Shown here piece by piece: positions 39,350 to 49,405 of a stretch of 64,000 bases of DNA. Below the pieces are notes generated by a model. It had not been told where the DNA came from, ran no database searches, and saw nothing but the letters and a program-made list of their open reading frames with translations. The position numbers and the translations under genes were made by a program. This DNA comes from a virus. Position 1 is the stretch's first letter. Each line of letters opens with the position of its first letter. The DNA is taken from IMG/VR virus record IMGVR_UViG_3300046484_000054, positions 1-64,000 of that record; one strand, written 5' to 3'.

Positions 39350-41101
39350 TTAAATCGCGTAAGGTGTGATGGTTGTGCCGGGAATGTAATTCGGATGCGA
39401 CCCCGCCGGCTTGGTGTTGGCCGCAAAGACTCCGGGTGTTCCGATGTCAAAGTTATCCAGAATCAAGTCGGCAGCAGCGCATTCGACCACGGCGGCAAAT
39501 GTGAGGCCGTTCAGCGTTGTATCCTTCGTCAGCGTTTCCTCAACACAATCGTAACCCAAACCCATGTTCGCCAGCACGGACAAATCGCCAGTGTGATTGG
39601 TTTTCACGCTGCTTTCGATGACCTTCATATACATCCCCGTCATGTCGAGAAAGAACATGGTATTACCGGCATTGTCCAGTCCGGCATTTACAAACTGCGA
39701 GGCTTCGTCGTCGAAAGCCCAGTCGGTGATTATGTTCCACACAACGCCATTATTTTTTCCGCCCAGAATGTAGGACGTGAAACTCAAACCCAGTTCCTCA
39801 TTAGAGCCGGTCGTCCGGTTCATAATGTATTGCTCCTTGCCTCCGAACTTCAGGTCGTTGAAGCCAATCATCATGTTCTCGACATATTCCGCAACGTCGC
39901 CGGAGCAGAACGTATCGAAACGCCGTTGTGCGGCAGAGCCGATGCCCGCGCGCACGCGATTCATCTGGTAAATCGCATCGAAGATGCTGTAAAGGTTGAG
40001 TGGTTCACCGGCAGCATCATACCAACGGTCGCACTCGCGCAGTTGCTCATACCAACCGATGGCATTGGCCTTGCGACCGTAGCATCTGCCGCCTTCAGCG
40101 CCCAATTCAATAGCAAAGTCGCTCGGCAGGAAGTTTGTGATCTCCGGCAACTGGTTGTAATCTTTAAGATTTTGCTTGTCATTGATCGCGCCCTGATAAC
40201 GCAGGACGTTGAACAGGTTGTTTTCAAACTGCTCGACCATTTGACGATTCCGTTCCACATCGGGAACGTAATACGACTCCTTATACATCGGGTTGTTGGT
40301 CAACACAAGGTTGCGCCATTCGTTGAACAACTCGGAATTGCACGATGTCCAGCGCGTGTGCTGAATCCAGAATGGAACTTTCTTGGTGTTGGCATACGCC
40401 GGTCGGTCGTCGCAATAGCGTTCCGTCTTGCCAACGTTCGGGATGCCGAGATACCCAACACCAGTTGCCGGATTCGTCAGGCTCGCGGCGGGAAAGAGCG
40501 AGCCGGAGTTCTGGTCAGTCAATTCGACGTGAACCGAAAGGCCGTCAACAGTCAACTCGGCATTTGCGATGACCCACTGGGTCTTCGTTTTCACGCCGCC
40601 CTCACCAATGCTCACAATCCAGAGATTGCTTCCGACGGGGAAAGTGCGGATGTCGGCGGGAACCCCAGACTTGCTTTGGAAATCGCCCTGCCAATCGGTG
40701 CCCTCATTGGCATCAGATTCACCATTGGAGAAATCCCAGAAAACGTTGTTGAGCGGAATTTTCTGGTCGGCAAGCACAAATGGCGCGATTCGGGAAAGTG
40801 CGCGGCCATTTTCATCAAACTTGAGTTCGCCCTTGCGCGTGATCTTGGCGTTGGCCATGAAGAAGTCGCGCATGCCGTGCTGGACAGAACCGCACGCCTT
40901 GAGCGTAAAGTGCGTCATCAACAGGTGCTCAAGGATTTTCCACTCGCCGTCCTGGGTATAATCAGTGAGGAGACTATCAATAGTCTCGACCTTGATGTTC
41001 GCGCAGGTTGTTACAGTGCCACACCGCGAGATGTCAGAACGTAAGGCGGGAGCGCACTTTTGAAAAATGTCAGTTAATTGCGTTGATGTTGCTTGTGCCA
41101 T
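39350..41101 (-). CDS. putative major capsid protein (583 aa)
   Basis: Position immediately after the scaffold-like gene; the long antisense shadow ORF is typical of a strongly biased coding region. No motif-level proof. Confidence 0.55.
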   Translation of the reverse strand: MAQATSTQLTDIFQKCAPALRSDISRCGTVTTCANIKVETIDSLLTDYTQDGEWKILEHLLMTHFTLKACGSVQHGMRDFFMANAKITRKGELKFDENGRALSRIAPFVLADQKIPLNNVFWDFSNGESDANEGTDWQGDFQSKSGVPADIRTFPVGSNLWIVSIGEGGVKTKTQWVIANAELTVDGLSVHVELTDQNSGSLFPAASLTNPATGVGYLGIPNVGKTERYCDDRPAYANTKKVPFWIQHTRWTSCNSELFNEWRNLVLTNNPMYKESYYVPDVERNRQMVEQFENNLFNVLRYQGAINDKQNLKDYNQLPEITNFLPSDFAIELGAEGGRCYGRKANAIGWYEQLRECDRWYDAAGEPLNLYSIFDAIYQMNRVRAGIGSAAQRRFDTFCSGDVAEYVENMMIGFNDLKFGGKEQYIMNRTTGSNEELGLSFTSYILGGKNNGVVWNIITDWAFDDEASQFVNAGLDNAGNTMFFLDMTGMYMKVIESSVKTNHTGDLSVLANMGLGYDCVEETLTKDTTLNGLTFAAVVECAAADLILDNFDIGTPGVFAANTKPAGSHPNYIPGTTITPYAI

Positions 41102-41147
41102 AATAATTTCAAACCGGGAGCAGATTCATTCCACTCCGTCGTTGAAA

Positions 41148-42536
41148 TTACTTTATGCCTTGCAACCTATTACTCAACGCCTTAAGTGAATTATTTTCAG
41201 TTTTTTTTGCAGCCGCCATTGGTGGCGCAACAACTCCCGCTGGTGATGGCGGTGGCGGTGGCGGAATCGTTGGCGGTTCTCCGCTTTTGTGTTCGCCATT
41301 TGGGGGATGATTTTGTTCCCCAACTTTTTGCAAACCGAGCTTTTTTGCGCGGTTTTGGAACTTTTCATCGTCATCAACTACGATTTTCTTTGCTTTTGCG
41401 GCCTGTTGCGCGGCGTAAATTGCCGAAAGATGTTCCTCCGTAAAATGCCAATGGCGCTCACGTTGAACCTTATTCATTTTTGACCAATCATAGGCAGTGG
41501 CAAAATTATTTCCACCCGCGTCCTTTTGCTGGTCACTTGGAAGCCCTTTCATTTTCGTCTCCTCGCCAGTCACAAACGCGGCAATCTCACGGTGAATCGG
41601 TTTGTTCCCGTCGTATGTCACAAGCCCATTGGCAATCTGGTAGATTTCAGACGAAACTTCCTCGGTGTGCTGTGCAATTGGAAAAACAAGCGAGTTTGAT
41701 TCATTGCTGTTGATCAACCGACCGATTTCCTCGTGGTCAATTTCTCCGGTTGGCTTCAACACCTTCTCGAAGTCCTTGCCCATGTCGTTGAAAAACAGTT
41801 TCGCCGTGGCCGCACGATGGGTCATAATGTGTGGAACAGCCGCCGCCGCGCGCTTTTCAGCATCCATCTGGTCAAAGCGCGGCTTCATGTCCTTTTCAGC
41901 CTCTGCCTTGGCCTCAGCCTTGATGAGTTGTTCACGGGCAAGTTCGTATGAATCCTCGTCCCAATTCACATCGTTGCTCCCGAAAAATTCCTCGTGTTCG
42001 GGATCGGCGGAGTCGAATTTCTTGCCCGGATTTTTAGCCAACCAGCCCTTGCGATATTCTTCCTCGGCCTTCAGAGCCAAGACAAACTTGGCCGGGATTT
42101 CAGCCAAATCAGGATTGTCCTTGGCCATGCGCTCCAAAATCTGAAGTCGGCGCGCGTTGACGATTGAAAGTTTTGGTTCGTCCTTCTTCTCTGGCGCGGG
42201 CGCTTGCGGAGCCTCCGCTGGCTTCATACCTCGCGCAATAGCCTCTCCCAACTTCTCCTCGTCAATTTGAACCGGGGCGGGTTGTTGCTTGACTGCGGAC
42301 TTTTTCTTCGACGGTGGTGTGGCTGTAACAGCGGGATTGGCAGGTGGTGTTGCTTCTGCTGGTGGAGCATCGGCTTTTGTTTTAAGCCCCAATACTGCCT
42401 TGATGTCTTTTTTTCCCTTAATGCCTTTGAGTCGGTTACTCAACGCTTCAATGTCAGGGGCGGGTTTTGGATCGGCCGGCGGAGTTGCCGTTGGCGGAGT
42501 TGTGGGTTTGGGCGGTTCGACGATTGCTGTGGCCAT
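41148..42536 (-). CDS. scaffolding-like protein (462 aa)
   Basis: Pro/Ala-rich ends and an E/K-rich helical centre; lies between the portal and capsid genes. N- and C-terminal ALSNRL(K/Q)GIK motif. Confidence 0.55.
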   Translation of the reverse strand: MATAIVEPPKPTTPPTATPPADPKPAPDIEALSNRLKGIKGKKDIKAVLGLKTKADAPPAEATPPANPAVTATPPSKKKSAVKQQPAPVQIDEEKLGEAIARGMKPAEAPQAPAPEKKDEPKLSIVNARRLQILERMAKDNPDLAEIPAKFVLALKAEEEYRKGWLAKNPGKKFDSADPEHEEFFGSNDVNWDEDSYELAREQLIKAEAKAEAEKDMKPRFDQMDAEKRAAAAVPHIMTHRAATAKLFFNDMGKDFEKVLKPTGEIDHEEIGRLINSNESNSLVFPIAQHTEEVSSEIYQIANGLVTYDGNKPIHREIAAFVTGEETKMKGLPSDQQKDAGGNNFATAYDWSKMNKVQRERHWHFTEEHLSAIYAAQQAAKAKKIVVDDDEKFQNRAKKLGLQKVGEQNHPPNGEHKSGEPPTIPPPPPPSPAGVVAPPMAAAKKTENNSLKALSNRLQGIK

Positions 42537-42542
42537 AATTTT

Positions 42543-42839
42543 TTACGGTATGTGTATTGTTGTTGGTGTTGCGGTGAGTGTCTTGAAAGGCTCTTTTCTT
42601 TCACGCAGTTCCACCAGAATCTCTATCATCTGACGAAACAACGCGGCTTTTAATTGGGAGTCCTTGGCAAGTGAATCATTGCCGCTCGTGCCCTGACTAT
42701 ACGAGTTTGCGGCGGCGGCTTCATGCTCGAACACACGACTTTCGAGGACTTCTATGAAAACACCGAACCCGTCGCCATCCAGCCATTTTCGCAGTTGGTC
42801 TTGCTTCGGTTTAGACAGGTTGATTTGTTGGACTTCCAT
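42543..42839 (-). CDS. hypothetical protein (98 aa)
   Basis: Internal ATG (MEVQQINLSKPKQ...) of the 42543..43079 ORF; the remainder would overlap the portal gene. Confidence 0.4.
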   Translation of the reverse strand: MEVQQINLSKPKQDQLRKWLDGDGFGVFIEVLESRVFEHEAAAANSYSQGTSGNDSLAKDSQLKAALFRQMIEILVELRERKEPFKTLTATPTTIHIP

Positions 42840-45216
42840 TTGGTGGTGGTGGTGCCAGCATTGGTGATGCTGGCATGGTTGCTGGTTGTGGTAATGTTGG
42901 AGGCAAATTCGGAGCGGGCGTAGGCATTGGGGCGGCGGGTGGCGGCACTCCGCCGGATGGCAATGTGGCCGGTGGCGACGTGGTCTGAACGACCAGCTTT
43001 TGGAGGTTCTGCAAAGCCTGCTGTAATCCAACAATCTTTGCATCCTGCGCGGCAATTTCTTTGGCGACCGGCGCGGCAATTTCCTTGTTCGCCTCAGCCA
43101 TAATCATCTGTTGAATCTTGGCGATGGTGTCCTGCAATTGCTTGGACATCACAGCGTCTTTGTTCAATCTGAATTTGAAATCGTCATCTGCACCCGCAAG
43201 TATCGCTGACTGCGTAACGAGGTCAAAAAGCGATTGCGGGTCGGCCAATCCAGCAAGCATCTGATTGTTTGCAACGGCGGCAATCGCCACACTCATTGCC
43301 TGACTCGCGCCCATGTCAACCTGACGACTTTCCTCGTTGCGCCGGGACATGAACTGGGTAAGCCGCATCTTGTCGAGTTTGCCGACGACAACAACTTTCT
43401 TCTGACCATCTTTCGGGGTTCCCTCTTTGAATTTGAAACCGAGCAGCTTTAGATTCTTTTCCAAGTCGGGAATGTCGGCGGCGATTTCCGCTTCAACTTC
43501 CTCGCCGCTCATGTAGCAAATCGCGGCCTCCGCAAGCTGGCGTTTCCAAGCATCAATCCCCTCGTCCACCTTCGACGCGGTATAGGCGACGCGGTTATTG
43601 GAACTTTGGGAGATGATTCCGATTTCCTTGTTACCCTGCTGGTGGGACGCCGCCGTGCCGACTTCCTGTGGGGAGATTACCAAACACCGTTCCAGCAATT
43701 CAATCACAGTGTTCAGCCCTTGAAGCATGGTCGTTGGATCGGCATAAGTGTAGTTCACCGTTTGCACAACTTTCTCCATGTTGTTTCCCGCCTTCTCCAT
43801 TTTTAGCGGGTCGAATCCGATGAAGATGTCGTTTTGATAAAGAGAGTTTGACTGCGATTTCAGGTCGGTAAGGTCGCCCTTGTTCACCACCTGATTATTG
43901 TAGAAATGCAGTCGGACGAGGTTGCGCTTGATTGTCTGAAGATGCTGGTTGAATACATTCGACGAAAGCTCCTGGAACGGCTGGATTTCTTGGGCGAGAC
44001 TCACATTTCTTCCCCGCCCACTGTCACCATCGTATCCGATATAATCAGGCGGACGATAGCTGAATGTCTGAGCAAACATGATTACGTCGTCGGCTCCGAT
44101 AGTGAACTTCATCCACACCTTGTTTGGATAATCGCCCAAGCCCCAATCCTTCGGAACCAACTCCATGAATTGATAACCCATGAAAAACGCCTTGTCGTAA
44201 TCATTACGACAATAATACTGTGACATCTTTTCTCGATTGGTCTGTTTGCCAGATACTTTGACTGGAGTCGGAAATTCCAAGGTGCAGGGATAGACCTCTG
44301 TAAAATAATTTGCCCATGACTCCTGCGGGTCAAGCCAGTTGGTGCCATAAGGCACAACGTCCTTATTCCACAACAGAGGATCAGCGTCAACAGTGCCCCA
44401 TCGCAAGACCGTCCAGTAACCCGCATAGGAACATCCGGTTCCAGTGTTCAGCGTGTGCAATGGATATGTGAGGTCGTAGTAAGTCTTGCTAACATGGGGG
44501 GTGACGTAACGGATTCCCTCTTTTTCCACAAACGAATTTCCGTCCGCATCCTCCTGCTTGTCTTGCACCCAGCTTTCCACCGGAAATTTCAATGATACTG
44601 AATACATCAGCGCGTTGAACATCCAGTCGTTTAGGGTTGACGAATAGCCAAAGTTTGTGGCAATCGCCTCAATCAGTTTGGTAAAGATTCCACATGCTGC
44701 CCGGTTCAAACCAGTTTTGTTGGTTGGTTCGTAGGTGAATAACGGACTGGTGTTCCGCTCGTTAAATAAATTGGCCAGCCGGATTGTCAGATATGCTCGA
44801 ACAAGGGGGATGGTGAAGTTGTAGAACAGCGGGTAATTCGGTTGCCAGACGGTTTTCTTGGCACCCCCCTCGCCCCTCTCCTCCGTCTTACAGAAAAGGC
44901 AATTGGGATTCAATCCCCAATTTTTCAGTGCATTAAAGATTTCCTTTTCGCCGCCGCCTTCGTCAAGAATGTGCCGTAGAATCGCATTCGTTTCCTGATT
45001 CATCGGGGTATCGAATGACATATCCACTGCCGCCCATTTCCGGTAATCGGTTAGACACCTTTCGCGCCCCTCCATCTGACGGTCGGAAATCAACCGAATG
45101 AGGTCGCCAACCTTGTCGGGGTCTTTACTTTTGGGAACCTTCCGGTCGGCAGCGAACAGCGGCTTCAATGAGTCGGAGTCGAGCTTGTATTTCTTGATGG
45201 TCGCCTGTGAGATCAT
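42811..45216 (-). CDS. putative portal protein (801 aa)
   Basis: Size and position (divergent from terL, upstream of scaffold and capsid); Pro-rich C-terminal tail. Confidence 0.6.
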   Translation of the reverse strand: MISQATIKKYKLDSDSLKPLFAADRKVPKSKDPDKVGDLIRLISDRQMEGRERCLTDYRKWAAVDMSFDTPMNQETNAILRHILDEGGGEKEIFNALKNWGLNPNCLFCKTEERGEGGAKKTVWQPNYPLFYNFTIPLVRAYLTIRLANLFNERNTSPLFTYEPTNKTGLNRAACGIFTKLIEAIATNFGYSSTLNDWMFNALMYSVSLKFPVESWVQDKQEDADGNSFVEKEGIRYVTPHVSKTYYDLTYPLHTLNTGTGCSYAGYWTVLRWGTVDADPLLWNKDVVPYGTNWLDPQESWANYFTEVYPCTLEFPTPVKVSGKQTNREKMSQYYCRNDYDKAFFMGYQFMELVPKDWGLGDYPNKVWMKFTIGADDVIMFAQTFSYRPPDYIGYDGDSGRGRNVSLAQEIQPFQELSSNVFNQHLQTIKRNLVRLHFYNNQVVNKGDLTDLKSQSNSLYQNDIFIGFDPLKMEKAGNNMEKVVQTVNYTYADPTTMLQGLNTVIELLERCLVISPQEVGTAASHQQGNKEIGIISQSSNNRVAYTASKVDEGIDAWKRQLAEAAICYMSGEEVEAEIAADIPDLEKNLKLLGFKFKEGTPKDGQKKVVVVGKLDKMRLTQFMSRRNEESRQVDMGASQAMSVAIAAVANNQMLAGLADPQSLFDLVTQSAILAGADDDFKFRLNKDAVMSKQLQDTIAKIQQMIMAEANKEIAAPVAKEIAAQDAKIVGLQQALQNLQKLVVQTTSPPATLPSGGVPPPAAPMPTPAPNLPPTLPQPATMPASPMLAPPPPNGSPTNQPV

Positions 45217-45404
45217 GGGAAAATATCTTTTTGAATTTTCCTGATTACTGAACGCCGTTTGGAGGACATAAATGGCAGCGGTAAAACAGCCACTGGAAAG
45301 GAGCCTTTGAACTTTTCCTCACGGATGACTTGAGGCTCGTTATCCAGTGAATCCGCCCAGCCAAATCGGGGGCGGGAATCAATTTTCTCGGATTGTGTGG
45401 GCAT
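45213..45404 (-). CDS. hypothetical small protein (63 aa)
   Basis: ORF track; 4-nt overlap with the portal start. Confidence 0.4.
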   Translation of the reverse strand: MPTQSEKIDSRPRFGWADSLDNEPQVIREEKFKGSFPVAVLPLPFMSSKRRSVIRKIQKDIFP

Positions 45405-45406
45405 AA

Positions 45407-45691
45407 TTATTTTCCGCTTTTGCCCGCGCCAGCGATCAGGATGGCAACACCTTTGGGCATCCCTTGATGCCTTGCGCCCATCGGAGCCTCGGTGTCGGTT
45501 TCCTCGGTTGGCGCGGCTGTTTCCTCCGGCGTCTCCGTTTCCTCGGCGCTCACAACGTCGAACGAGAAGGGCGCGGTTTGTTTGACGTGGAGGGTGATGT
45601 CATATTCCTGACCATCCTGCCAATCGGCGGCAAGGGTTTTGGCGTCAGTGTTGTTTTGATCGAGAGACAGTGTTCCAAGGCTGGTATCCAT
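45407..45691 (-). CDS. hypothetical acidic protein (94 aa)
   Basis: ORF track; first gene of the minus-strand morphogenesis operon. Confidence 0.45.
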   Translation of the reverse strand: MDTSLGTLSLDQNNTDAKTLAADWQDGQEYDITLHVKQTAPFSFDVVSAEETETPEETAAPTEETDTEAPMGARHQGMPKGVAILIAGAGKSGK

Positions 45692-45786
45692 AAAATTTTC
45701 AATCGTTGTTTTTTGCTGCTAACGGCATCATTTGCCATGAATTTGCTTGAATCTAATGCCGGTTGGATTACATTGCAAGAACAATT

Positions 45787-48700
45787 ATGCCCACGCCAAA
45801 GTTCTCCCAGCGATACCCAGATGAGACGGATGATTGGCGGTTGGAAGTCCAGAAAGCAAAAGACCGTGGAATCACCGATCACGACGAGTTGAACCGGATA
45901 ATGAGCAGGGTCAAAACCCGCGCATACATCAGGAACAGGAAGAAAACAAAACTGGAAAAGCCGACACAGTTTCCCGCCGCGTCTCCCCCAATGGAAAAAC
46001 CCATCAAGGTTCCGAAGGCCGCAGAATTCAAGTTTGATTTCAGTCCCAAACAATGGCTGGTGCTTAACACAGTGCGCGAGCGTTGCGGCCATCGGAAAAT
46101 CATCTTCGTCAATGGGCCGAAGTGGTCGGGAAAATGTATTTCGCCAGACACAATTATTTACACGGCTGATGGATTTTCAACGATGTCTGAATTGGGCAGG
46201 GCTGACATTGATTCTTTTTCACCCATAAACAAAGATGTCGTTTCAATGTCTGAAACTGGATTGGACATTGGAGTTTCAAGAGCAGACCAGTTTTACAATT
46301 CTGGATTTGGGGAAGCGGTCATAATTAAGACGGGCCTTGGCTATGAATTGACCTGCTCTCAGAACCATCCAATCTGGTGTGAACACAATGGAGAGATTGG
46401 GTATAAAACATCGGAGGAAATCGCGGGGATTGTTGGATGCGGTGGAAGTGTTTGGCTTCCGTTATCCAGAAAACATCCATCAATTCGCGGGCGCAAGAAT
46501 CTGACCTTGGAAGTTTCGTGGACAATGAAACAAGACGGCCAATCAATTGACGCATCGGAAAGAATTAAGAGGGCCGTCGCTGGCGGGGCAAAAACAATCA
46601 GTGCGATAAAAGCGTCGGCAAGGACGGCCAATGAGACCATTCACAAATGGTTGAAGAATCCAATTGAGCCAAGGCGGACGGTGGTTGAGATTGACGAAAA
46701 CATGGGATACCTCCTTGGTTTATTAACAGGTGACGGCTGCTATACTAAAAAAACTATCAAAGGTGGCCGCATCGGTTTTACGTCCGCTGATGAAGAAATT
46801 GTGAGTTTCGTGGGCAAAATGGTTTCAGGCTTCCCACACTCAAGATTTAAGAAACTTCTGAAGTATGATTATTGCATCCAGTCCGCGTTCTTTAGGGCCT
46901 TGCTGAAGGAGATTGGAATGTCTGGAAAATACGCTCAAGAAAAATCCATTCCTAACATTATTGTAAAATCACCAGTGCCGGTCATTGTGGCATTTTTGCA
47001 GGGTTTGTTCGACACGGACGGCACGGTTGAAAGGGCTGGCAGTGTTGTTTATTGCTCCGCATCGAAGGTGCTGGCGAAACAGGTTCAAGACATCCTGCTT
47101 GGTCTTGGGATTAGAAGTTCCCGGATTTTCAAGAAAAACAAATGTCTTGGAGCGTGGCTGGTCAGCACCAGGGAGGAGGATGACTTCAGGGGCAAGATTG
47201 GATTCCGGTTGGCGAGAAAACAAAACAGAAAACCAATTCGAGAAAGAAGGTGGAAGGTTTCTTGGGCGGCGTATCCGCCTTCGCTCAAGGGGGTCTTGCA
47301 GAAACTTTACGACTCGCGCAAGGAGCGTGGCGTCGGAATGTTGCTGAGAAAGATTCACAAATATGCAATCAATCCGGTCTTGCGGGGACAGCGGGCGCTT
47401 TCGATGAAGATGATCGCCCCTCTTGCTAAATTCATCAACTGTGAACAAGAACCGGAGTTCCAATCTTACTGGATGCAGGGCAAAATCTGGTGGGACAAAG
47501 TTGAGCGCTGCTCAGCCACGAAATCCGAACTGGTTGATTTATGCGTTCCATCAACCCACAACTTTATTGGGAACGGTTTCATAAATCATAACACTTGGGC
47601 AGCACTTGATTCTGTCATTGATTACGCGTGGCGTGTAAAAGATGCCACCATCTGCATCCTGTGCGAGTCCATCGGGGCGGGTGACGATTCCGGCATTTGG
47701 ACCAAGCTAATGAAGCGGATTGACACTCACATCAAGGCAAACTACGGGTTGGAGTGGTGGACGGAAAAAGGGAAAAAGGAACATCTTGGGGCGAGGCAGA
47801 AAGGGGCGAGCAAACGGATTTACGCAGAGTTGAAAAACATGCACGGTGGCAAGAGTTATTTTGAACTGAACTCGCTCAAGGATGAGCGGGAAGTTGAACA
47901 GATGTTTTTCAACCGTTATTTTTCCTTTATTTATTGGTCGGAACTTCAACACTCGCGCCGCGAAGAAACATTTACACATATCCGACAGGCACTTCGCATG
48001 GAAACCGTGGCAGAGGACGATTTAATTATTCTGGCTGACGGGAATCCAAGTGACGAGGGACAACGCAGTTGGCAATACAAATTATTTTTTGAATTCCGAA
48101 CTGCCACAGATGTAAGCGAGATTAAAAAGCCGCTCCAGAAAGACCTGCGGTTGATACAGATTTTTATCGAGGACAATCCTTACATTACACCCGAAAAAAA
48201 ATTGGAGATCGCCGCCGATTACGCCGACAATCCCGACCTTTTTGCCCGGTTCGTAAAAGGCGAATGGGTGGACGCGGTTGCCGGTGGTGTTTTTACCGAT
48301 GTTTTTCTTCCCAATGTGCATTGCATCGGTGATTTGAAGGACAAAGACCCGGACATTTTGGTTCCAACCGATGGCTGCACGGAATTGGTGACAGGATGGG
48401 ACACGGGCGGTCGAAATCCTTCAACCCACATCCTTGAACCGATAATTCTGATGGAGGACGACAAGCCATTGAGGTGCTTTCAATACATTGACGAACTTGC
48501 CTACGTTGACGAGGACATTGCACCATCGGAATTCACCATGCAGTTCATGGAAAAGATGGATTTTTGGGAGAAGGCAATCGGCCACGACATCATCTGGAGG
48601 CATTGGGCCGACAGTTCGGCGCTGGATTTCAAAGAATCAATCGCTGAACGGACTCCAGCCGACGAGATTTTTGCAACCAGTAATGGCCGGATCATCCTTC

Positions 48701-49011
48701 AGGGCGTGGACAAACCGCACGGGTCGGTCGCACAGCGCGTGTGGCTCTGGAGGCGGCTGTTGGTTCGCAAAAGAATCCTAATATCAGCAACCAAATGTCC
48801 ACGCTTGGTTGCCACGTGCAAGATGCTGAAGCACGGCAGGGTCAGATGGACTTTGCCAACCAAAAGCCCATACAAACATGCGCTTGATTCAGCCACCTAC
48901 CCGCTCCTGAAGGAACTTTGGGATGAGTTGCAAACGAGCATCTGGGCCATCAGAGCACAGAAGAAAAGCCAGATGGACGGCGAAAGCAGTCTCGTGCTGG
49001 TTCACCATTGA
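45787..49011 (+). CDS. terL: terminase large subunit precursor containing an intein
   Basis: Walker A is reconstituted as GPKWSGK|T across the intein. Downstream come ATPase and nuclease-like segments (ICILCESIGAGDDSG, LIILADGNPSDEG, GWDTGGRNPS). The N-terminal ~100 aa is basic. Confidence 0.8.
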   Translation: MPTPKFSQRYPDETDDWRLEVQKAKDRGITDHDELNRIMSRVKTRAYIRNRKKTKLEKPTQFPAASPPMEKPIKVPKAAEFKFDFSPKQWLVLNTVRERCGHRKIIFVNGPKWSGKCISPDTIIYTADGFSTMSELGRADIDSFSPINKDVVSMSETGLDIGVSRADQFYNSGFGEAVIIKTGLGYELTCSQNHPIWCEHNGEIGYKTSEEIAGIVGCGGSVWLPLSRKHPSIRGRKNLTLEVSWTMKQDGQSIDASERIKRAVAGGAKTISAIKASARTANETIHKWLKNPIEPRRTVVEIDENMGYLLGLLTGDGCYTKKTIKGGRIGFTSADEEIVSFVGKMVSGFPHSRFKKLLKYDYCIQSAFFRALLKEIGMSGKYAQEKSIPNIIVKSPVPVIVAFLQGLFDTDGTVERAGSVVYCSASKVLAKQVQDILLGLGIRSSRIFKKNKCLGAWLVSTREEDDFRGKIGFRLARKQNRKPIRERRWKVSWAAYPPSLKGVLQKLYDSRKERGVGMLLRKIHKYAINPVLRGQRALSMKMIAPLAKFINCEQEPEFQSYWMQGKIWWDKVERCSATKSELVDLCVPSTHNFIGNGFINHNTWAALDSVIDYAWRVKDATICILCESIGAGDDSGIWTKLMKRIDTHIKANYGLEWWTEKGKKEHLGARQKGASKRIYAELKNMHGGKSYFELNSLKDEREVEQMFFNRYFSFIYWSELQHSRREETFTHIRQALRMETVAEDDLIILADGNPSDEGQRSWQYKLFFEFRTATDVSEIKKPLQKDLRLIQIFIEDNPYITPEKKLEIAADYADNPDLFARFVKGEWVDAVAGGVFTDVFLPNVHCIGDLKDKDPDILVPTDGCTELVTGWDTGGRNPSTHILEPIILMEDDKPLRCFQYIDELAYVDEDIAPSEFTMQFMEKMDFWEKAIGHDIIWRHWADSSALDFKESIAERTPADEIFATSNGRIILQGVDKPHGSVAQRVWLWRRLLVRKRILISATKCPRLVATCKMLKHGRVRWTLPTKSPYKHALDSATYPLLKELWDELQTSIWAIRAQKKSQMDGESSLVLVHH
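46135..47592 (+). mobile_element. 486-aa class-1 intein with LAGLIDADG homing-endonuclease domain, inserted in the terL P-loop
   Basis: Block A CISPDTIIYTADG directly after GPKWSGK; block B LTCSQNHPIW; LAGLIDADG motifs YLLGLLTGDGCY and FLQGLFDTDGTV; C-terminal VPSTHNFIGNGFINHN followed by the +1 Thr. Confidence 0.85.
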
Positions 49012-49394
49012 AAATGCGTTTCCCCAAAACCATTCGCCGCCGCTCGCAATTCCTAACTGCCATAACCGTCGCCGCCATCTTCGGCATCAGCCGGTTCACT
49101 TTACCAGAAGTCTGGATTGCCATCAAATCAGTTTGGAGCGCGGTATGGGCTGACAAGAAAGGCAATGTTCCACGTGGAACATGGGTGCATCGAATGAAGT
49201 GCTGCATACGCTGTCCGATCTACGATCTGAAAAGGAAAACATGCGGAAGTCCTTTTAGCACACATCCAGACCTTGGTTGTTATTGCTTCGAACCTATTGC
49301 ATCCAGACAAGAATCGAAGGTGTGCTGGCTGGACGAAAACGGCGATGGCTCAACACCTTATGGATGGAAAGAGGTTGAAGCTAAAACCAACTGA
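49008..49394 (+). CDS. membrane-anchored Cys-rich protein (128 aa)
   Basis: TM-like FLTAITVAAIFGI followed by CCIRCP...C...CYC...C. Confidence 0.5.
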   Translation: MKMRFPKTIRRRSQFLTAITVAAIFGISRFTLPEVWIAIKSVWSAVWADKKGNVPRGTWVHRMKCCIRCPIYDLKRKTCGSPFSTHPDLGCYCFEPIASRQESKVCWLDENGDGSTPYGWKEVEAKTN

Positions 49395-49405
49395 AAGCAC
49401 TGATG

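Noticed and set aside
39347-41044. 565-aa ORF on the + strand
   Set aside because: It lies entirely antisense to the 583-aa putative capsid gene. The product is R/V/G/H-rich and low in K/E/D, like a shadow frame. It breaks the minus-strand operon logic.
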